DNA of 33,695 nt, from positions 1 to 33,695 of the forward strand of contig JAEOTS010000024.1 of the NCBI GenBank assembly GCA_016839745.1. Reading direction: 5' to 3'. The notes beneath the pieces are model-generated. The model did no database searches, was not told the origin of the DNA, and was given only the letters and a program-made list of their open reading frames with translations. Position numbers and translations under genes: made by a program. Positions 27,267 through 33,695 of the stretch are shown here, one piece after another (the first letter of the stretch is position 1; every line of letters starts with the position of its first letter). Source of the stretch: Promethearchaeota archaeon (GTDB lineage Archaea; Asgardarchaeota; Lokiarchaeia; Sigyniarchaeales; SOKP01).

Positions 27267-28709
27267 TTGAGAGTTTTGGTTATATTGGAAAAAAGTAAAA
27301 AATCTCTTACAGTTATGAAGTTTGGGGGTTCTTGCTTACAAAATAAGGATTCTTATCTTCAGATTACAAATATTGTTGAAAAGTATATGAAATCTACAAG
27401 AGTGTTGATTGTTGTTTCTGCTATACAGGGAATGACAAATAAATTAATAGATTTCTATGAAAAATCTTGTAAAGAAGAAATCAATTGTGATCTTCTTGTT
27501 GAAGAAATATACAATTTACATATTCAACTTGTTGATGAGATTTTAGACAAGGATCGGTTTGAATATGGCGAAACGGTAGAGTTTCTTCAAACTAATATTG
27601 AAGAATTAAAGCAACTAGGGCGACTTATTAAATTAATCCGTCCTAGTGCTGATATCTATGACTTGGTTGTATCATTCGGAGAAAAACTCAGCACTTTCCT
27701 TTTAACTAAATATTTATCTTCAAGTGGTTTTAAATCAAATCATATTTTCTCTGATAAAATTATAATAACAGATGATAATTTTGGACGCGCGCTTCCTTTA
27801 CTTGAAGAAACAGAGGTACTTGTAAAAGAAAAATTATATCCTCTCTTAAGATCAGATATGAATACTTTAGTTTGCGTAAGTGGATATTATGGTTCTACGA
27901 AAGACAATAAAATTTCCACTCTAGGGAGAGGAGGAACTGATTTATCGGCAGCTATACTGGCATATGCTCTTCGCAATCTATTTCTATGTAAAATTATATA
28001 TTGGAAAGATGTAAAAGGCTTTTTGAATGCAGATCCAAGGGTAGCTAAAAAAACATCCCTCATAAGAAATATTTCTTATAAAGAAGCTAAAGAGTTAGCG
28101 TTTTTCGGTACTAAAGTACTCCACCCTTTATGTCTTGATGTTAATGAAAAAGGAAAAATTCCATCTGAAATCAGGTATTTCAGTGAACCAGATTCAGAAG
28201 ATTTTACTACCATTACTAAAGAAATAGTTAAGGGTGATGATGTCATTAAAGCTATAACATCTATAGAAAAACTCTCAATGGTCACCTTAGAAAGTGATAC
28301 TATGGTTCCATTATCTGGGACTGCTTCGAAATTGTTTTCCCTTTTAGGTGATAATAATATAAATATCGTCTTTATATCACAAAGTTCCTCAGAAAACAAT
28401 ATAACTTTTGGTATCGAATATGAGGATTCAATGAAAGCAAGTTTTCTATTAAGGAATTCCGATTTTTTTGGAGAAAAATGGTTTAAAATAAAGATAGATA
28501 ATGAAATTTCTTTAGTTGCTGTCATCGGAGCGGGAATCCTTTACACTCCTGGAATAGCAGGTAGAGTGTTCACATCTTTAGGAGATAACAATATTAATAT
28601 AAAAGCGATCGCACAAGGATCTTCTGAATTGAACTTTACAGCAATAATTGATAGAGAGAATTGTAGAAAAGCCGTTAATGTACTATATGACGCTTTTATC
28701 ACTCGGTAG
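27267..28709 (+). CDS. lysC: Aspartate kinase with two ACT domains
   Basis: VMKFGGS, VVSA, SFGEKLS, TLGRGGTD, DVKGFLNADPR, EAKELAFFGTKVLHP and ACT segments ISQSSSE and IAQGSSE. Exact start is uncertain. Confidence 0.94.
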   Translation: MRVLVILEKSKKSLTVMKFGGSCLQNKDSYLQITNIVEKYMKSTRVLIVVSAIQGMTNKLIDFYEKSCKEEINCDLLVEEIYNLHIQLVDEILDKDRFEYGETVEFLQTNIEELKQLGRLIKLIRPSADIYDLVVSFGEKLSTFLLTKYLSSSGFKSNHIFSDKIIITDDNFGRALPLLEETEVLVKEKLYPLLRSDMNTLVCVSGYYGSTKDNKISTLGRGGTDLSAAILAYALRNLFLCKIIYWKDVKGFLNADPRVAKKTSLIRNISYKEAKELAFFGTKVLHPLCLDVNEKGKIPSEIRYFSEPDSEDFTTITKEIVKGDDVIKAITSIEKLSMVTLESDTMVPLSGTASKLFSLLGDNNINIVFISQSSSENNITFGIEYEDSMKASFLLRNSDFFGEKWFKIKIDNEISLVAVIGAGILYTPGIAGRVFTSLGDNNINIKAIAQGSSELNFTAIIDRENCRKAVNVLYDAFITR

Positions 28710-28729
28710 TAAAAAAAGGAAGAGATAAA

Positions 28730-29974
28730 TTACTCTTCAAAGAATTTTTGATTAAATACTCTCATAGCTAATTTTTTTCTAGTAGTCTTTCTAAGGTCAG
28801 GTGAACTCTTGTTTTTTAATGCCTCATTTCCAATTTCTTTTCCTATAATCACTTTTGGATTGTCTGACCAGTTTACATCCAATAATAAACATAAATAATA
28901 AACACATGATTGGATAAAAGCGATTAAATTACCCATATTATATTCGTCCGAACGACTAATTGTGATTTTTGCGGAAGGAACTTCTTGTTCCAATAATGCT
29001 TGAAATGTAGCATCTGCTTGATAATTTACAATAGTTTGAGCTGTTTGATTGTTGACATAACTTATTGAAGATTCTAAAATTAAATCTGGTTCTTCATTTA
29101 CTATAGTCCATAATACCGGAATTACAGCGCCTTTTGTTCCCCCTAAGAGATACTCCAATACGGAATGCTGGCACAAAGGAGCAGATTGATAAGTCCCAAT
29201 TAAACCTTTTTCTTCTTTTCCAGTACTTTCTGAAATTTCTTGAACAAATAATCCTACACTTCCTTCAAGATTCAACGAATATGGCATAGAAAAGACAAGC
29301 TTAAACCCTTTTTTGTACAAATTATAAAGAAACACGGAAAAATTTAATGCGGGATTGTCATCAAAATTCATATATTTAATATAACCAGTATTTAATCCTT
29401 TTAAGAAATCTTTAACATCAATACCTAACAGAAACGCAGGAAGAATTCCGACATTAGTAATTGATCCAGCAAAACGACCAGTAAGATCCGGAACTTCGAG
29501 AATGGGACACCCAATATTCTCTAACATACGATACATAGTTCCTTTTGAAGAGAGTCCTAAAAACTTATAATTATTTTTTGAGAAAATTCCAATGGTAGAA
29601 TTTACATCTAAAGTCTCTCCTCCCCTGGAAATGGGTATAACAACTGAATCTTCTGGTTTTGTCTCTTCAAGGCACTTTTTCAGCTCCACAGCTCGAGAAC
29701 TTGTTATTGGATATAATTTCTTCTTAGACAAATGTCTCAAAGCAAGTAGAGTCTGGATTGAGCCTCCTGTTCCTAAAACTATCACATTTTTTATTTTATC
29801 ACCTAAGAAATCCTTGGAGGTTTGCTGAATTTCTCCCATGTCGATATACGATTCAGTATCAGTAAAAAATGGTGGATCCCATTTACTTTTGTTCGACAAA
29901 ACAATTTTTTTCGATATCTCTAGTAAATTGACATCAATTTTTGGATAATATTCAAAATTTAAAAATACACTCAT
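28730..29974 (-). CDS. pgi: Divergent glucose-6-phosphate isomerase-like SIS-domain protein
   Basis: VLGTGGS, ISRGGET, GRF, QEISESTGK, QHS and DNPKVIIGK correspond to PGI motifs but carry substitutions. Confidence 0.7.
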   Translation of the reverse strand: MSVFLNFEYYPKIDVNLLEISKKIVLSNKSKWDPPFFTDTESYIDMGEIQQTSKDFLGDKIKNVIVLGTGGSIQTLLALRHLSKKKLYPITSSRAVELKKCLEETKPEDSVVIPISRGGETLDVNSTIGIFSKNNYKFLGLSSKGTMYRMLENIGCPILEVPDLTGRFAGSITNVGILPAFLLGIDVKDFLKGLNTGYIKYMNFDDNPALNFSVFLYNLYKKGFKLVFSMPYSLNLEGSVGLFVQEISESTGKEEKGLIGTYQSAPLCQHSVLEYLLGGTKGAVIPVLWTIVNEEPDLILESSISYVNNQTAQTIVNYQADATFQALLEQEVPSAKITISRSDEYNMGNLIAFIQSCVYYLCLLLDVNWSDNPKVIIGKEIGNEALKNKSSPDLRKTTRKKLAMRVFNQKFFEE

Positions 29975-30218
29975 GTTTTAAACACCAATTGAAAATATTC
30001 TGGTTGTAATAAGGTAATAATGTTTTACGCAAATATGAATTCTGCTAATCGCATGATAAAGATATTTCTATCAATTGGTCATTTATTAATGTACTAATAT
30101 TTTAGAATTCTAATAAATTAGGTGTCTATTCCTTTTAAAATAACTTTTACAATACTTATACAATAATTAATAAGAAATATAAAAATAACACTAAATTTTA
30201 ATAGAAAAGTGATTAGTA

Positions 30219-31475
30219 TTGGCTAAAGCAAGCGAAACAGATAATGGAGGTCAATCTGATATTGGAGCGCCTTATTATTGCCAAGAATGTAAACGCAATC
30301 ATACTAAAGGTAAGATTTACAAGGAACATTTAAATTTTGCTAGATTTGAATCAAAAAATGAAGAATCTATCGAAATTGAATCTGAATCTGATGAATTAGA
30401 ACTAGAAGATCAACACTCTCTAGAAGAAGAGAAAGATATTCTTACTGAAATGGATGAAGAAGAAGACCAAAACGAAATTGAAGAAGATGAAGATTTTGAC
30501 GATGAGGTTCTAACCTTAGATAGCGATAAAAGTGTTTGTGTAGACGCAGTCAAAAAACTTCCGGGTGTAGGAGAAGCCACACTTAAAAAACTTATAAAAG
30601 CAGGATTCAGTAGCCTAGAGTCTATCGCATACACCCCACCTAGTATAATTCAAGAAGAATCTGGTTTGGGAGATAAAACAACAGCAAAACTAATAAAAGC
30701 GTCAATGGATAAGCTTGATATTGGATTTAAGTCCGCAGAGGATGTGTGGGAACACAGAAGGAATATAGCAAGAATTACAACAGGTAGTCAAGAGCTTGAC
30801 AATCTTTTCGGTGGTGGAATTGAGACTGGATGTGTCGTTGAGTTTTTCGGTGAATTTAGGACGGGTAAAACTCAATTAGCTCATATGTTATGTGTCAATG
30901 TTCAATTACCAAGAGAAGATGGTGGTTTAAATGGAAACGCATTGTATATAGACACTGAAGGTACTTTCAGGCCAGAAAGAATTATTCAAATGGCTGAAGG
31001 ACTTGACTTAGATCATAAGAAAATTTTAAAAAATATAGTTTTTGGGCGAGCCTATAATTCTGATCACCAAATATTGTTGATAAAAGAAGCAACGAATCTT
31101 ATTAAAGAGAAAAATATAAAACTTATTATCGTAGATTCATTGATTGGACATTTTAGAAGCGAATATGTTGGAAGGGGTACTCTAGCAAATCGGCAGCAGA
31201 CTATAAACACTCACTTGCACGATTTATTAAGATTAACAGACATTTTTCCTGATTTATGCATCATTGTAACAAACCAAGTTCAATCAAAGCCTGATGTTTT
31301 TTATGGAAATCCAACTGTTGCAGCCGGGGGAAATATAGTAGCACATGGATCAACAATTAGAGTCTATTTGAGAAAAGGTAAAGGTGAACAGCGAGTAGCA
31401 AAAATGATAGATGCCCCGCATTTACCCGAAGGGGAAGCAGTGTTTTCAATAACTGAAAACGGGATTACAGATTAG
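30219..31475 (+). CDS. radA: DNA repair and recombination protein RadA with an ~105-aa N-terminal extension
   Basis: HhH LPGVG, FxxA motif FKSA, Walker [22 protein letters not shown], Walker [22 protein letters not shown] and GGNIVAH. TTG start after AAGTGAT. Confidence 0.96.
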   Translation: MAKASETDNGGQSDIGAPYYCQECKRNHTKGKIYKEHLNFARFESKNEESIEIESESDELELEDQHSLEEEKDILTEMDEEEDQNEIEEDEDFDDEVLTLDSDKSVCVDAVKKLPGVGEATLKKLIKAGFSSLESIAYTPPSIIQEESGLGDKTTAKLIKASMDKLDIGFKSAEDVWEHRRNIARITTGSQELDNLFGGGIETGCVVEFFGEFRTGKTQLAHMLCVNVQLPREDGGLNGNALYIDTEGTFRPERIIQMAEGLDLDHKKILKNIVFGRAYNSDHQILLIKEATNLIKEKNIKLIIVDSLIGHFRSEYVGRGTLANRQQTINTHLHDLLRLTDIFPDLCIIVTNQVQSKPDVFYGNPTVAAGGNIVAHGSTIRVYLRKGKGEQRVAKMIDAPHLPEGEAVFSITENGITD

Positions 31476-31537
31476 AGTAAAAAAAAAAGATGCTTTTAAT
31501 AAAATAATAAAAAATAGATTTATAAAAATAATAAAAT

Positions 31538-33695
31538 TTATTTTAATTTCTCGTATTCGTTGGATTTGTTAGTTAATCTTTTAACTTCTTTTGTCATAGA
31601 TGTGTCACCTAATTTGAAGATTTCAGAAGCCATTTTAGAAGCGTATTTATACTTTGCAGCTGCCTCGGCATAAGCCTTTGCTTTCACCGCATCTTTTGCT
31701 TCTTTTTCTAATTTTGTCTTCTTTTCATTTAAATCTCCAATTTTAGTTTTACGAATAGTTTCTTCGATTTTACCATAATCCTCTGGTAATTCCCAGTTTG
31801 AGGCTAAAATAGCAGCACTCTCGAAAAGTTCAACAGCTTTGATGTAATCCTTCTTTCCTTCTGCAATTTTCCCTCGCTTCAATAACTCTTTAATCCCTTT
31901 TTTCGCAGATTTTTTATTGTCAACATCTAATCCTTCAACAGTCGTTTTTATCGGTGCAGTAACTATTTCATGTCGTTTGGTTAAACTAGTAAGATATGCC
32001 TCCCTTTCTATCGGTCCTAATTGAGCTAAATCCTGCACTAATTTCTGCTTTTCTTCGTTCGTTAAATTCGTTAATTCAACGACTTTTTGGTTAATAAGGT
32101 TCATTTCCTGCTGAGAAATTGGTTGAGCTTCAATAGCGGAGATCTCTATAGGGATTAATAACTTCTTATCCCTTAATTCCTTGATTCCCATAAAAATTTC
32201 AGCAGTATCTTTATTTGTCCTCTCAGAAGCATCTTTTAGTAAGGTTGCAATAAAGAAGAACTCCCTTTCAGCTTCTTCACAACAGCTCTGCGCGACTTTC
32301 AACACATCCTTTGAGTGGGGACTTTTTAAATCTTTAACGCTCGAAAAATCGTATGTTATCTGATGGGGAAGAATAATTGAAGTATTTAATATGTCATCTA
32401 CAATAAAACCCGCATTTCTGAAGTAATTTAATTGACCTCGCCAATTTGGTAGCACATCCTTATAAGTTTTTTCAAAAGTTTCAATGAATTCTTTTAAATG
32501 ACGGCGCAGAATCATTGAAGCGTTTTTCCCTAAAACTAACGCTACTCTTATTAGATATCCATCTGCTAGTAGTAACATTTTATCCCCATAAGAAATTTCA
32601 TTCAATGCTGCTTGAGTAGCCATTTCCTTTCCAAAAGAGGATACTGCTGATAAGAATCCACCTATTAACTCAGGATCGATCTGTTCTGAGCCATAAGATT
32701 TAAAGAAAATGCATGTTCCGGTTCCCTTGTATAAAACTAATATGTGTTCTAAATTAATAGCGTCGTCAAAAATCGTTTTTACTTCAGTTAATATGCGTTG
32801 TTTCTCTCTCTTTTTAGGAACAATTACACCACGATAAACTCCCACGGAACTACCCGCTACAGCAACGATAGCTCCTATCATTATAATGTAGGGAAGGAAA
32901 TCTTTAAAAGTTAAACTGGGTGGCGGCGGGATCACTGTTATTTCTGAGGCTAAGATATCATAAGTGTCACTTAAATAATTGTATTCAAAACGAAGATCTA
33001 GAGTTATATTCACTTCTCTAATATTATTACCGACAATCATACTAAACTCAACTTCACCTGTACTATTTGTATAATCATCCTGATCACCCGATACGGCTCC
33101 ATCAAAGAATAGCGTCATGTTAACATATCCATTGTCTATTGGTAACCATTCAGTGCCGTTATAGTACACTGCTTTAAAAATAATTGTTAGTTCTTCTCCC
33201 GCGTTGATTTGCGTTGGCACAAACACCTTTGTTAAGTTTGTTAGATATTTCTCTATAATTGTTAAATTGAAAGCGTACCATGCGTCCTCATAATTTGTTT
33301 GTGAAATTGAGAGGTTTATCAAGTAATCACCAGCAGCTAAAATCGAAGTAATAGGCGTTCCAGTATGAGTAGGAGGCGAATATCCGAAAGTGTTTGATAG
33401 AGTTCCATTTTGACCGGTTTGAAGGTTTTCGTAGTAAACATCATATGAGTTCACAGTTCCCAGAACGATATTATCGCTATAATCTGAGTCAGTTATGTTA
33501 AATTGAACATCAATATTATCACCTTCAAAAATAGTATAGTTATTTCCGAATCCAATTGGAGATAAAGCACCTCCAGTGTCCGAAATTGACATAAGTTTTA
33601 TTTCAGAGTTATTGCCTTTTAAGTAAAAAGTAAAGTAAGACACACTACTATCATAGTCTGGAAACTTTGATGCGTTAACTTCTAGGGTATACCAA
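31538..33695 (-). CDS. Large single-pass membrane protein, 5'-truncated: Ig-like ectodomain, TM, longin-like domain, wHTH-like segment, helical TPR/MIT-like tail
   Basis: The frame stays open upstream of the ORF-track GTG 33643 to the window edge (WYTLEVNASKFPDYDSSV). Beta-rich ectodomain with many N-x-S/T sequons, TM LPYIIMIGAIVAVAGSSVGVY, then HILVLYKGTGTCIF...DPELIGGFLSAVSSFGKE. Confidence 0.85.
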   Translation of the reverse strand, partial: WYTLEVNASKFPDYDSSVSYFTFYLKGNNSEIKLMSISDTGGALSPIGFGNNYTIFEGDNIDVQFNITDSDYSDNIVLGTVNSYDVYYENLQTGQNGTLSNTFGYSPPTHTGTPITSILAAGDYLINLSISQTNYEDAWYAFNLTIIEKYLTNLTKVFVPTQINAGEELTIIFKAVYYNGTEWLPIDNGYVNMTLFFDGAVSGDQDDYTNSTGEVEFSMIVGNNIREVNITLDLRFEYNYLSDTYDILASEITVIPPPPSLTFKDFLPYIIMIGAIVAVAGSSVGVYRGVIVPKKREKQRILTEVKTIFDDAINLEHILVLYKGTGTCIFFKSYGSEQIDPELIGGFLSAVSSFGKEMATQAALNEISYGDKMLLLADGYLIRVALVLGKNASMILRRHLKEFIETFEKTYKDVLPNWRGQLNYFRNAGFIVDDILNTSIILPHQITYDFSSVKDLKSPHSKDVLKVAQSCCEEAEREFFFIATLLKDASERTNKDTAEIFMGIKELRDKKLLIPIEISAIEAQPISQQEMNLINQKVVELTNLTNEEKQKLVQDLAQLGPIEREAYLTSLTKRHEIVTAPIKTTVEGLDVDNKKSAKKGIKELLKRGKIAEGKKDYIKAVELFESAAILASNWELPEDYGKIEETIRKTKIGDLNEKKTKLEKEAKDAVKAKAYAEAAAKYKYASKMASEIFKLGDTSMTKEVKRLTNKSNEYEKLK

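Noticed and set aside
1-33695. tRNA/rRNA genes, transposases, integrases, CRISPR arrays and classical defence systems
   Set aside because: Intergenic gaps are short and AT-rich with no cloverleaf or repeat-spacer pattern visible, and no ORF shows the relevant motifs. tRNAscan-SE/Infernal were not run, so small RNAs cannot be fully excluded.

Overview
AT-rich, gene-dense archaeal chromosomal window, most consistent with an Asgard archaeon of the Lokiarchaeia type. This is an inference from the archaeal-type PheS, TyrS, CoaD and RadA, a Vps29-like phosphoesterase, a long stand-alone LRR protein, SCP2-like proteins and a single-pass Ig-like/longin membrane protein. Most of the window is housekeeping and catabolism: pheS (partial), coaD, ppdK, tyrS, Fe-ADH, AOR, hutU-hutH-hutI plus a convergent formimidoyltransferase, a U32 protein, dCMP deaminase, aspartokinase, a divergent PGI and radA. 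I saw no tRNA, rRNA, CRISPR array or mobile element. The best candidates for new biology are (1) a coupled two-gene membrane module at 4736-7197, made of a CBS-domain four-TM protein and a protein with an RGG/aromatic tail, a nested duplicated extracellular beta-domain and a double zinc ribbon; (2) a receptor-like Ig-TM-longin-wHTH-helical protein at the right edge; (3) a RadA with an N-terminal C2H2-like motif and an acidic tract; and (4) a DUF1512-like putative membrane aspartic protease paired with a zinc-ribbon membrane protein. All family assignments come from motif recognition by eye; no database search was run.
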